A stretch of DNA of 42,961 bases from Lama guanicoe (lineage: Eukaryota). Both the position numbers and the translations under genes were made by a program. The DNA lies in contig MU053352.1 in the NCBI GenBank assembly GCA_013239625.1, positions 1-42,961 on the forward strand, written 5' to 3'. The notes beneath the pieces were generated by a model. The model was not told the origin of the DNA. It worked only from the letters and a program-made list of their open reading frames with translations, and made no database searches. The first letter of the stretch is position 1, and every line of letters begins with the position of its first letter. Below, piece by piece: positions 10,525 to 22,740 of this stretch.

Positions 10525-13500
10525 ATGGCAATAAACATGCATCTATCATTAATTACTGTAAATGTTAATGGACTAAATGCTCCAGTCAAAAGACATAGAG
10601 TGGCAGACTGGATAATAAAGCAAGAACCTTCAACATGCTGCATACAAGAGACCCACTTTAGGGAGAAGGACACATACAGATTTAGAGCGAAAGGATGGAA
10701 AAGGATATTCCATGCGAATGGAAAAGCCAGACAAGCAGGTGCAGCAGTACTGATTTCAGACAAAATAGACATTAAAACAAAGGCCACAAAGAAAGATAAA
10801 GAAGGACATTTTATAATGATTAAAGGAGTAATACAAGATGAGGCTATTACACTCATTAATATATATGTACCCAATATAGGAGTACCTAAGTACATGAAAC
10901 AATTACTAACAGAGATAAAGGGGGAAATTGATGGGAATACAATCATTGTCGGAGATTTTAACACCGCATTAACACCACTAGACAGATATTCTGGACAGAA
11001 AATAAATAACGCAACAGAAAAATTACATTGTACAATAGAAAAATTAGATTGGGTGGATATTTTCAGAGCATTATACCCCCACAAAATACGACATGTATTC
11101 TTTTCAAGTGCACAAGGAACATTTTCTAGGATTGATCATGTACTTGGGCACAAAAGAAGCCTAAACAATTTTAAGAAGATAGAAATTTTCTCAAGCATCT
11201 TTACTGACCACAATGCCATGAGACTAGATCAACTACAGAGAAACAAAGGAGAAAAAAAGGAAAGCATGGAGATTAAACAACATGCTATTAAAAAACCAAT
11301 GGGTCAATGATGAAGTCAAAATGAAGTCAATGTTGAAATTAAAAAATACCTTTAGACAAATGAAAATGAAAACACAATCACACAAAATTTATGTGAGGCA
11401 GCAAAGGCAGTGCTAAGACAGAAATTTATGGTGATACAGGCCTTCCTCAAAATAGAAGAACAATCTCAAATAAACAATCTAACCCACCAGCTAAAAGATT
11501 TAGAAAAAGAAGAGGAAAAAAAACCCCAAAAGTCAGAGGAAGGAAGGAAATAATAAAGATCAGGGAGGAAATAAATAAAATAGAGATTAAGAAAAATAAT
11601 AGAAAAAAGCCAATCAAACCAAAAGTTGCATTTTTGAAAGAGTAAATAAAATTGACAAACCTCTGGCCAAACTCACAAAGAAGAAAAAAGAGAGAGCACA
11701 AATAAGGAAAATGAATAAATAACAATAAATAACATAGAAATACAGAATATCATATGAGAATATTATGCAAAACTATATGGGACCAAAATGGATAACCTAG
11801 AGGAGATGGACAAGTTTCTGGAAACATACAGTCCACCAAGATTAAATCAAGAAGAAACTGACCACTTGAACAAACCAATCACTACAAATGAAATCGAATT
11901 AGCAATAAAAAACCTTCCTACAAATAAAAGTCCAGGACGGGATGGCTTTACCGGGGAATTCTACCAAACAGGCAAAGAAGAACTCATACTAGTGTTTCTC
12001 AAGCTCTTCCAGAAGATTGAAAAGGAGGGACTACTCCTAAACCCGTTCTATGAAGCCACCATCACCCTGATAATAAAATCAGGCAAGGACACCACCAAAA
12101 AACAGAATTACAGACCAATATCACTGATGAACATAGATGCAAAAACCCTTACCAAAATATTAGCAAATAGAATCCAACAGTACATAAAAAAGATTATATA
12201 TCATGATCAAGTGAGGTTCATTCCAGGGACACAAGGCGGGTTCAACATACGCATATCAATGTAATACAACACATCAACAAGAGAAAGGACAAAAACCACA
12301 TGATCATCTCAAAAGATGCAGAAAAAGCATTTGAAAAAAATTCAGCACCCATTTATGATAAAAACTCTCACCCAAGTGGGTATAGAGGGGACATATCTCA
12401 ACATATCTCAACATATCTCAACATAATAAAGCTATATATTACAAACCTACAGCCAGCATAGTACTCAATGGTGAAAAACTCAAAAGCTTCCCACTAAAAT
12501 GTGGGACAAGACAAGGATGCCCACTATCACCACTCCTATTCAACATAGTCTTGGAAGTTCTAGCCACAGCAATCAGGCAAGAGAGAGAAATAAAAGGGAT
12601 CCAAATTGGAAATGAAGAGCTTAAAGTGTCACCATATGCAGATGACATGATACTATATATAGAAAACCTGAAAAGGTCCACACAATAACTACTAGAAATA
12701 ATCAAAGAATTCAGCAAGGTAGCAGGTTACAAGATTAACGTTCAAAAATCAGTTGCATTTCTTTACACTTAAGATGAATCAACAGAAAAGGAAAGTAAAG
12801 AACAATCCCCTTTAGAATAGCACCCAAAGTAATAAAATATCTAGGAATAAATCTAACCAAGGAGGTGAAAGACTTATACATAGAAAACTACAAACCATTG
12901 ATGAAGGAAATAAAAGAAGACTTAAAAAAAGGAAAGATATCCCATGCTCCTGGATTGGAAGAATCAATATAGTTATGATCATATTGCTCAAGGCAACCTA
13001 CAGATTTAATGCAATCCCTATCAAATTACCCAGGACATATTTCACAGAACTAGAACAAATCATAATAAAATTTATATGGAATCACAGAAGACCTAGAATT
13101 GCCAAAGCATTATTGAAGAAAAAAAAGATGCTGGAGGAATAACTCTCCCAGATTTCAGACAATACCACAGAGCTATTGGAATCAAAATATCATGGTATTG
13201 GTCCAAAAATAGACATATGGACCAATGGAACAGAATAGAGAGCCCACAAATGAACCCACAAGCTTTTGGTCAACTAATCTTTGACAAAGGTGGCAAGAAT
13301 ATACAATGGAATAAAGACAGTCTCTTCAGCAAATGATACTGGGAAAACTGGACAACATGTAAATCAGTGAAGCTAGAACACCATGCACAAAAATAAACTC
13401 AAAATGGATCAAAGACTTAAACACAAGACAAGATACAATAAATCTCCTAGAAGAAAATATAGGCAAAACATTATCTGACATGCACCTCAAAAATGTACTC

Positions 13501-14328
13501 CTAGGGCAGTCTACACAAGCAATGGAAATAAAAGCAAGAATAAAGAAATGGGACCTAATTAAACTTACAAGCTTCTGCACAGAAAAGGAAACAATAAGTA
13601 AAAAAAAACAAAATCCTATACAGAATGGGAGAAACTTTTTGCAAATGAAACTGGCAAAGGCTTGAAATCCAGAATGTACAAGGAGCTCATACAACTTAAT
13701 AAGGAAAAAAAGACAACTCAATCCAAAAATGAGCAGAAGAGATAAACAAGGAATTATCCAAGGAAGAAATACAAATGATCAATAGGCACATGAAAAAATG
13801 CTCAATATCACTAATTATCAGAGAAATGCAAATCAAAACTACCAAGAGTTATCACCTCACACCAGTCAGAATGGCCATCATGCAAAAGTCCGCAAATGAT
13901 AAATGCTGGAGAAGCTGTGGAGAAAAGGGAACCCTCCTACACTGCTGGTGGGAATGCAGTTTGCTGCAGCCACTGTGGAAAACAGCATGGAGATTCCTCA
14001 AAATACTAGGAATAGACTTACCATATGACCCAGGAATCCCGTAGGTTCACAAGGAACCCTACTTCAAAATGACACCTGCACCCCAATGTTCATAGTAGCA
14101 CTATTTACAATAGCGAAAATATGGAAACAGCCTAAATGTTCAACAACAGATGACTGGATAAAGAAGAGGTGGTATATTAATACAACAGAATACTATTCAG
14201 CCAGTAAAACCGACAACATAATGCCATTTCCAGCAACATGGATGTTCCTGGAGAACGTCATTCTAAGTGAAGTAAGCCAGAAAGAGAAAGAAAAATACCA
14301 TATGAGATCACTCATATGTGGAATCTAA
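10525..14328 (+). pseudogene. LINE-1 ORF2p (APE endonuclease + reverse transcriptase), disrupted
   Basis: [62 protein letters not shown] at 12635-12646, HCWWEC; several stops and frameshifts. Confidence 0.95.
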
Positions 14329-15109
14329 GAAACAAAACAAAACAAAACATAGATACAAAACAGAAACAGACTCATAGACATAGAATACAAATTTGCGGTT
14401 GCCAAGGTTGCAGGGGGTGGGAAGGGACGGATTAGGATTTCAAAATTTAGAATAGATAAACAAGATAATACTGTATAGTGCAGGGAAATATATACATGAT
14501 CTTATGGCAGTTCACAGCAAAAAAAATGTGACAATGAATATATGTATATTCATATATAACTAAAAAATTGTGCTCTACACTGGAATTTGACACAACACTG
14601 TAAAATGACTATAACTCGTTAAAAAATAAAAAGAAACTCTGAGTCCCATTTACTCTTCACTGATCAGGGATCATCCTGCAGCAGAAGATTGGGGTGTGTT
14701 GACATCCACTGTCCCAGCAAATGGGGGCCCTGACCCCGCAGCTCTGTGCCGCCGACTCTCTCCCAGGGACCATGGGGTAGCTGTGGTCAACAATTCCTTC
14801 ACATCCAGACGGCATGAGAATCAACTGCCTGCCAGCCCTGCTGACCTCAGGGAGGGAACCCAGGCTGAGAGGGGCTGCTTTGCTGCAGTGGGCAGGTGCT
14901 CGGCCCACTGGGCTACGTGGCCTCAGGGACACCTGAGAGGGAGGGGCACCACAATGTCCATCCCTGTCCCCATCCGGGGTTCAGTCCTGTTAATCCAGGT
15001 GGCGTCAGGGCTCAGTCCTCAGTGGCTCCACAGTCCCCATCAGAGGGACAGGCATGCAGAGCAACCGACCTTTTCTCCCTCGTTCAGTCTCACACTGAGG
15101 GATGGGGAG

Positions 15110-15400
15110 AAAGCCCAGCTCCCCCTGGGCTGCCAGAATCCTGGGTGGAGAACCGGACAGCTGACCACACTGATGAGCTGCCTGGCTCTGGCTGGATGCT
15201 CTAATGGGATGGAGGCTCCTCACTTTGGACCCCCAGACACTGCCCCAGGGGCGACAGGGCCTGGCCCGCTTTTGTGATGATGGCTGGGAGCCCAGTCACT
15301 GCCCCGCACTGCTGATACCCCTGCTGAGGGTGCAGTGCAAGGAGTCTGTGCAGCCAGAGCTCAGCAAGGACAACAGGGAAGGTCACCTGATGGTGCTGGA
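15110..15400 (-). pseudogene. Highly decayed V-lambda relic (V5-clan-like), approximate limits
   Basis: Minus strand TGCACCCTCAGCAGGGGTATCAGC (CTLSRGIS ~ CTLSSGIS), GGGGGTCCAAA (~SGSK) and ATCCAGCCAGAG (~LQPE) in the correct order; paralog at 31085-31380. Confidence 0.5.
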
Positions 15401-15643
15401 TTCCTGAGTCTCAAGGCTGGGGGATAGGATTTGGAGCTGAGCCCTGGTCATCATCAAAGTGGGGGGATGGGGGACTTCTTTGAGAGGTGGACACACCCTG
15501 GAAGAGGCTGGAGGAGACATGTGTCCTGGAACCCCTGGAGAGGAGGTGTGGGCATGGCGTCCCCCTCCCCCTATGGTGCTGACATTTCACCCCCTCTCTT
15601 CCACGCCTGCCCCTCAGGGCTGAGTCCCCTGAGCTCAGGGGGA

Positions 15644-15682
15644 GGTTTTAGTAGCACTTCTCTGTGAGGTTACATCACTGTG
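15644..15682 (-). other. 23-RSS of V8
   Basis: CACAGTG + 23 nt + ACTAAAACC. Confidence 0.94.
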
Positions 15683-16142
15683 TTGCCATAAGTACCACTA
15701 ACTCTACTCAGAGCACAGTAAAAGTCGGCTTCGTCCTCGGGCTGGGCCCCCGAGATGGTGAGGGTGGCTTTGTTCCCAGAGATGGATCCGGAGAAGCGAC
15801 TGGGGACCCCAGAGTGGCGGCTGTTTGTGCTGTAGATAAGAGCTCGGGGAGCCTGGCCTGGTGTCTGCTGGTACCAGCTGGGGTAGTTACTGGAAGTGAC
15901 AGACCCAGAGCTGAGGCCACAGGTGAGTGTGACCGTCCCTCCTGGAGACACTGACAAGGACGGCTCCTGGGTCACCACAGTCTGAGAATCCACCCCTAAA
16001 AGCAACAGGAAAGAGACAGGGGTGGTTATGGGGACCAGGGTCACCCCGACACCTGGTTGTAGGCGGCCCCTCAGGATGTAGCATCCGATCCCTGACCTGA
16101 GCCATGAATGAGGAGCCCGAGCAGAAGCACCGTCCAGGCCAT
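15683..16142 (-). CDS. IGLV8: Ig lambda V segment, IGLV8-like, apparently functional
   Basis: Leader 16142-16097 [20 protein letters not shown] exon 15995-15683: [64 protein letters not shown]. Confidence 0.95.
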
Positions 16143-16247
16143 GGTGGGGACGCTCCTGGGATGCGGCTCCTCAGCCTCCTGGGCTGCACAGTCGGGTCCT
16201 CGGGCCTTTTCATGCCTCCCCGACCCACTGGGAGGAGAAGGGGCTTC

Positions 16248-16255
16248 ATGCAAAT
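16248..16255 (-). promoter_or_regulatory. Promoter octamer of V8
   Basis: ATGCAAAT on + strand ~105 bp upstream of ATG. Confidence 0.9.
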
Positions 16256-17553
16256 CAGCTTCCTCCCTCTCGCTACCCAGTGTCACCTGATGTCCCCTGG
16301 GGGAGGTCTTGGGGGAGCAGATGCTGTGATCTGCATTGATCTCATGCTCATCAGGGACAAAATAGGTCCTGCTAGCAGTGAGGACCTCACAGATTCACAC
16401 CCGGACAGATGGTCTCAGGCAACAGGGTCACACTCATTTCTCCCATGGGACTGCTCTGGGGAAATTAGGCTCCCCTGTGAATGGAGGATGGAGAGGATGG
16501 ATTTGGGAGATGCTCCCAGGACCCCAGGAGTCCTTTCAAGTGCAGAAGGGGACTGAGCAGCGCCCCATGTGGGTCCTACGTGACGCTGCCGGACTCAGGG
16601 AGCAGCTCCTGCAGGCTGAGCCTTTCTCTCTGAGAGAGCAAGGCTGATGTGGGGACACCCTGGCCTCCCAATCTCTGCTTCCCCAAATTCCATCATCAGC
16701 CCCAGAGACGGACCCATAGCCTGGACTCAGCCCACGTCCTCCCTGGGGGTCAAGATGAGTTTTTCTTGCTGGAACGTGCATTCTATTCCCTCATGGGTTG
16801 AGTCATTTGTGCACCTGTCAGCCGTGATCACAAGTGAGATTGTCATATAATTTTCATGTCTGATACTCTTTTCATTAGGTTGTGCTCCACTCATTTGCTG
16901 GTACAAGAAAGTGAGGTTAGTCTACATGCCCTCTATCACATACATAATTCCTAAACAATTTAAAGTAAAGACCTGGACACTGTACAGGGTAGATTCATCC
17001 ACAGGTGACCAGACCCCTGGGAGGAGGGGAGCAGGTGTAGGAAGACGGGCTGTCCTGCCCCCTGTGCCCAGAGGACAGGAGCACTAGGCAATGCCGACGA
17101 CCTCAAACCCTGTGTCCCGTCACTTCCCTAAGGGACCCTCTTGGTTCAGGGAGTGAGGAGGTGAGGAGAGGAGCCCAGGACGTGCATGGGGAGGATGCCC
17201 AGAGACTTCCTTGCGAGGCCCCGTTGTTGGTTTGGAGACCATCCCTCCCCAGGGGTCTGTTATCCTCTGTCCAGATGTGACTGTTAGTCATGACCCTCCA
17301 GCAAATTCATTTTATTGTAATTGTCCATGTATCTTTGTCTGGACATCAGGTCTGGGCAGTGACTCTGGGACAGAGGAGGAGGAAGCATGAGCCTGGTGTG
17401 TCCCTCAGAGCTGAGAGCTCACGGGTCTCCTGGGGGACCAGGTGCAGGACTGTCCCCTTCGAGTGAGGACACGGCTGCCCAAGTGGGCAAGAGCCAGTGG
17501 TGTGTCTTCCCAGCCTGCCTGGCCCAGACCCTGAGCTCTCAGGGCCAGTCCCA

Positions 17554-17569
17554 CAGCGCCCCCTGCTGG
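17554..17569 (-). promoter_or_regulatory. CTCF-binding motif
   Basis: Minus strand CCAGCAGGGGGCGCTG, a near-perfect CTCF core; binding not shown. Confidence 0.7.
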
Positions 17570-18795
17570 GCACAGAGCCACATCGTCCCCGGGTCCCAGC
17601 CAGCCTCCTGGAAGGGCTTTCTGACACCTGCAGTTGGAAATAAGACATTAATTTTCTAGGTCACTAATGAATTCCAGACTCCTAAATGGACTGCCATGTG
17701 CCAGTAATTTTAGGATTACCTGATGTTTCAGCCTTGCTCCCTCTTCAGTACCAGGACATAACCTCCTCGAACCTGGTTCCGGGCTAAAGACTCCTAGTCC
17801 CCCAGTGGGTGCCACCCGGTACTGATTCTCTCTGGGATAGACTCACTGGTTGCCGTGTGCAGGTTGTTGTGTTTGTAAGCGTCCCCTGGCCTCCCCGGTC
17901 CTGCCCTCTGTCTGTTTTGCCCTGAGAATATGATGTCTCAGGAAAACACGTCGCTTCCTGGATTATTTCCATGGGTCTCATTTCCCCTTGACTGTGGCCT
18001 AGAAAGTACTTATTTTTGGCTCTGATATCGGTAAGATATTTTCACTCTAGCTTTGGCATCTTTCACAGTAAAATGCTTGATAGGAAAGATGAGGGCTGTA
18101 AACCAGCTTCTCATCCTTTTTAGGGCCTCGTGCTCCAGTGCTCGGTATTGAAACCCCATTGCTTGTCACCTGATCTTCACTGGAACCTGATCTAGTCCAT
18201 CTGTTAGACTCCGGAGATTTAATGGGGGAGGGATTATAAGATCTGTGTCTGAAATAGGGATATTTAGTTAATATTGTTCCAAACTAAGACCCAGAGAGGG
18301 AAAAGTGGGAGGGTCCCTGGAGTGACTGAAGAGAAGAAGGGCAAGGGTCAGGTGTGGAGCCCCATCGTCATAGGGCGGGTTCCCAGCACCTGCAGATCAG
18401 GGCGCCTCAGAGTCATTCTCCGGATACGGGGGACCCCGGGTTCCTCAAGTGTCAGGGTTCAGGCTGGAACAGCAAAGCCTGGACCACGGAGGGACTAGGG
18501 GGGACAGGGGGCTCCCTGGGTCTCCCAGGGCTCACGTCCTAGATGCTGCTTCCTCGTCCCCCATCCCGTACCTGGGAGGTGAGTTTGCATCCGGGCACAC
18601 GGTGATGTGCTGGTCGTATGTGGAGACCAGTCAGGAAGGGAGTCGTTTTCATGGACCCATAAATATGGACCAAGGTGAGAGCATGAGACTGCCTGGGGTC
18701 AATAGCACAGGTGACAGTGGAGGTCAGAGCAGCGCTGGTGTTGTTCCCAGGCAGGGACAGAGCGGTGATGGGTCAGACAGGGGTGCGGAGGGCAG

Positions 18796-19155
18796 ACTTT
18801 TGATCTCACTTCCCCAGAGCTCTGGAGTTCCTGGTGATGGTGGGTAGAAATTGGCTGTGTTACAGGGACCAGCAGTCCCCTCCTCAGGCTGGGACCCCGA
18901 GGTGGCAAGGAGGCCGAGAGGACAAACAAGAGTCAGAGATGAGGGCTCAATCCCTGAGAGTCATCCTCCTCTGTCCTGGGTCACAGGTGGCAGCTCTGCC
19001 TGGAGGCCTTGAGATCATGACCAAGGTGACCCGGCACCCCATTCCTGCAACTCCCTTTGCGGGAGAAGGGGACCTTGGATCCGGGCTCTGCAGAAGCTTC
19101 AGGGCATGTGGGGGGAAGTTCCTGATCCTGATGGTCACAGCCCCACCTCCTCCTG
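18796..19155 (-). pseudogene. Highly decayed V-lambda relic with RSS-spacer remnant, approximate limits
   Basis: Minus-strand translation fragments ASAEPGSKVPFSRKGS (~[15 protein letters not shown]), PGRAA (~PGKAP) and ASLATSGSQPEEGTAGPC (~[18 protein letters not shown]). These are followed by a 23-nt spacer ctcacttccccagagctctggag (18805-18827) like other V spacers; heptamer lost. Confidence 0.55.
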
Positions 19156-19359
19156 CAGTACTGGAAACACTCCTATGGGGGCAGAGGGGAGGGGACACAG
19201 GGAGTGCCTGTTGGGGAGGGAAAACCCTCCCACACGAGGACACGTGGAGCTGGGTTCTCCCACTGCTGGAAGGTCCTTTGTGTCTTTTCTTCCAGTTTTC
19301 ATTCCTTTGCTGAGATTTCTTCCTGATCATTTGCTGTGCGGGCCTGTCATCGCAACCTC

Positions 19360-19665
19360 CAATGAATGCATAGACATGTTAGGGATCATTGAATTGAGTG
19401 TATTCACCATTAAAATGATATTATGTCCCTTCATTTAGGTCTTCCTAACTTATGTCAGGAATATTTCATAGTTCCATGTACAAGAATTGGTGTCTGTCAG
19501 ATTTATTCTTAAGTATTTCTTATTTCTGCTGCAACTATGAATGGCATTTGTAAGGTTATAGTTAATATTTAATGGCTCTTTGTTATTATGTAGGTTACCA
19601 CTCCTTCCCAATTGAAGGTCTTGTATCTCAAAGCCCAAATTGAGTCTCTAGACAGCCAGCATCTC
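19360..19665 (-). mobile_element. Old LINE-1 fragment (approximate)
   Basis: AT-rich antisense-L1-like sequence (cttcatttaggtcttc..agatttattcttaagtattt). Confidence 0.45.
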
Positions 19666-20011
19666 AGAGACCCCTCAACTCTGAGGGGGTCAGGGCCTGG
19701 ACCAACCACTTTCCATCACATATAACATCCCAATGGGAAGCTGTTCATCTCAGAGCAAGTCCTGTCTGCCTGTGGAAACACGAGCAGGCTGAGATACAAC
19801 AGCAATGCTCAGTCTCAGATGTGAGATGAGGAAGAGGCTGTGACAGGGTCAGATTTGCTGTTCAGAGGAAACTCAGGTGCTTCCTGAAGATGTGACAACA
19901 GAAAGTCACCCTGAGTGAGACCTGGTCCCAGGCAGAGCAGCAGTGACATCCCAGTGGGGAGAGCACAGGGGAGGTTTTAGTCTCACTTTCCTGTGGGGCT
20001 GGGGCACCGTG

Positions 20012-20500
20012 TATGTAACAGGGTTGCCGAGAAACACAGCACAGTAATAGTCAGCCTCGTCCTCGGGCTGCAGCCCAGAGATGAGCAGAAGCCCTGCATT
20101 GGCTGAGGCATCTTTGGACCCAGAGAAGCGGCTTGGAACCCCGGAGCCCTGATGTTTACTGGAGTCTGAGTAGTAGTACAGGAAGTACCGGGGAGGGCTC
20201 CCTGCCTTCTGCTGGTACCAGTACACTGTGTCGCCTCCAACATTGTTCCCACTGCTCAGGGTGCAGGTGAGTCTGGCTATGATCCCAGAGACCCAGAGAG
20301 GGAGGGCGGCTGAGTCAGCACAGGCTGGGTGAGGGACCCTGCAAACACAGACACAGCAGAGTCAGGAGAAGGGATGAGATGCAGCTGCTTGGGGACCTGA
20401 GGCAGAAGGAGCTACTTGGCTGGGAGCCACCCTGGTCCCTGAGGCCCGTCCTCCCCGCACAGAGAGAGACGAGCACAAGGAGGGCGGTGGTCCCGGCCAT
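20012..20500 (-). pseudogene. IGLV5: IGLV5-like pseudogene
   Basis: Leader 20500-20455 MAGTTALLVLVSLCA with donor GG instead of GT. V exon 20338-20012 has a 1-nt FR1 deletion giving TAG at 20279-20277; the rest is intact (..[39 protein letters not shown]). RSS CACGGTG-23-ACTAAAACC at 19973-20011; octamer 20594-20601. Confidence 0.92.
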
Positions 20501-22189
20501 GGTGCTCATAGTCCTGCTTAGGCCATGAACTGAGGCTGGGGTGCCCCAGCCTCTCTTATCTCTCCCAGAGGGACACACAGAGGAGGGGCTGTCATGCAAA
20601 TGTGTCCCCACCCACTGCCGCTCCCCCATATGCACTGACAGAGTCTGAGGCCCTTGGACGGTGAGCCTCCCTGGTGACTGTTTTCCCCATGGGTGGCCCT
20701 GGGAGGAAGCAGCTGCTGGGACCCCTCGCAGACACATGTGCAGAGGACCCAGCCAGTCCCCGAGGGTACACGGTTTCCCACCCCAACAGGAAGCAGAGGG
20801 CCCCATCCAGGGCCTCCCTCAGAGGAGGCCAGCCTAGACCTGAGCACCTGTCCTACACAGACCTCCCCAGGTGGCCTCACAGTGCTCCCTGCTGCTCCCT
20901 GGGAGAACCTCTCCTTTCCCTCTGGTCCAAAATCTCACCTTCAGATGTTTCCCTGATTCCTGTGTTTCCCAAGAGTGAATCATCCCTACATGGAACCATG
21001 TCAGTGTGACCTGGAGTGACCCTCACTGGTTCGGGTCACAGATCCGTGGGTGACGGGCTATTAGGAGGCACACATGATGTCCTGACTGAAGAGACCATGA
21101 GAACCGCGGTGGAGCTGACTACAGGATGCAGGGAAGAGCCAGCAGCGGGGAACAAGCCTCATAGGGGCTCAGAAGAGGAGGGCTGGCTGTGGGCACTGTG
21201 TGTGACCGGGATCTCCCTGAGGGACACTGACGCTTACAGAGCAGGACACAGAAGGAATCTGGGGAGATGGAGGCTTAATTCCATCCCTGCCCCTCTTCCT
21301 TCTCTATTCCAGTCCACAACCTACAGCCGTCCTGGTTGTGGAGCAGAGCTGGGATATTGGGACCCTCCTGTCTTAGTGTAGATTACCCCAGACACCCAAC
21401 CAATTCTTTAGAGCCATAAGCAGGTGGCCAGTGACCACCGCATGGACAGAAGCTCAGTGTCCACCTGTCCCCAGGTGCATCCACATTGACTAACTGTGGA
21501 AAGTCCACTGCTCGAGAGCTAATGCTCTACATGGTGTTTTGATTTTGTTTCTTTTTATATTTTCTCTCAGAGTTAAATCTTCTAACAGCATCTGATGAAT
21601 CACAGGACCCAGTGACAGGGGTCTTGCATCTCACAGAGGGAACAGAGCACATGCATGTTGTACCAGAGCCCGTCCAGCCCAGACCATTCTTTGTTATCAG
21701 GTGAACGGGTCAGAGCAGCTATAGGAAATGTGCTTCCCGGACAAAATGGCCTCAAAAATGCTGTGATTCCTCTTTGGGAATGAGAACTTGGAGATTTGTA
21801 ATCCTTTGTCTCTGACTTTGCTAAGGATGTCTAGGTGGCCACAGGCTCGAGGATCCCTAGTGGATGAGAGGACTCCCTCCCAGGTGTGACTGGCCCGGAT
21901 CATTCACAGGGCTGGTCACCACCTCTGTGGTCCATTCGTCTCAGCCGGGAGTATGATGCACTTCCCACCTTTCATTCATCTCGTTCCAGTAAATGCACGT
22001 GAGCGACGTAATGTATCAGTATGGTGACCTGAGGAGTGTTCAGATGGTGCAGTTCCCGCTGGAACACCTACACAGAGTGGGGAGTTTAAATAGCACTGGG
22101 ACAGTTCTCTACGTGCCCTGCTGTCCCTTCCAGGTGAGTGGGAATTGCTTCTGATCCTGCATGATGCCGGCTCAGAATGACTGTAGACC

Positions 22190-22740
22190 CTGCCTCTATA
22201 ACAAATGACCAGAGACAGGGTGGTTCATAAACCAGAGACTGTGTCTCACAGCTCTGGAGGCTGGGCAGCCCAAGGTTAAGGTGCTGGCTAATTCAGAGTC
22301 TGAGGAGGGACCCTTCCTGGTTCACAAAGGGCCATCTTCTGACTGTGTCCTCACAATGCAAATGGAGAGGGAGCTCTCTAGGATCCTTATACTAAGGATG
22401 CCAAACCCCTGCATCAGGACCCCATCCTTCTGACCTAAGCACCCCCCGTTCCCCACCTGCATGTGCCACCACATTGGGGATGAGGTTCCAACATATGAAT
22501 GCTGGGCACTCATTGGGTCCAAGCATGGTTCCCACGGCCCCCAATCCATATCCCTCCATCCGATTCCTCCCATAGCCCCAAACGTCTTATCTTGGCCCAG
22601 AGTCAACTTGACAGACTGAGCCCAAAGACTGACCTCACTACCATCTAAACCATGTGCGTGAGACTCAAGGGACAATCCACCTTCATGCAACTTCCTCCCC
22701 AGCTGTGAACCTGGGAAAGGCCTGGGGCTTTTCCTTTGAA
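22190..22740. mobile_element. MaLR (MLT-type) LTR plus adjoining internal remnant, approximate
   Basis: ataacaaatgacca..tctcacagctctggaggctgg..aaggtgctggc..catcttctgactgtgtcctcaca is characteristic of MLT/MST LTRs. Confidence 0.65.

Larger units (their letters stand above)
7215..14630 (+). mobile_element. Full-length LINE-1 (~7.4 kb), inactivated
   Basis: Starts G-rich + CAAGATGG (YY1-type 5' motif), ~2 kb 5'UTR, ORF1, ORF2, 3'UTR and short A tail. Flanked by exact 17-bp TSD AAGAAACTCTGAGTCCC (7198-7214 and 14631-14647). Confidence 0.96.

Noticed and set aside
9062..13721. Antisense ORFs within the L1 (9326-9748, 10401-11084, 13326-13721)
   Set aside because: Usual hydrophobic shadow frames of the A-rich L1 sense strand.
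20224..20230. Embedded CACAGTG in CDR1 of the V5 pseudogene
   Set aside because: No nonamer at the proper spacing; likely chance coding sequence.
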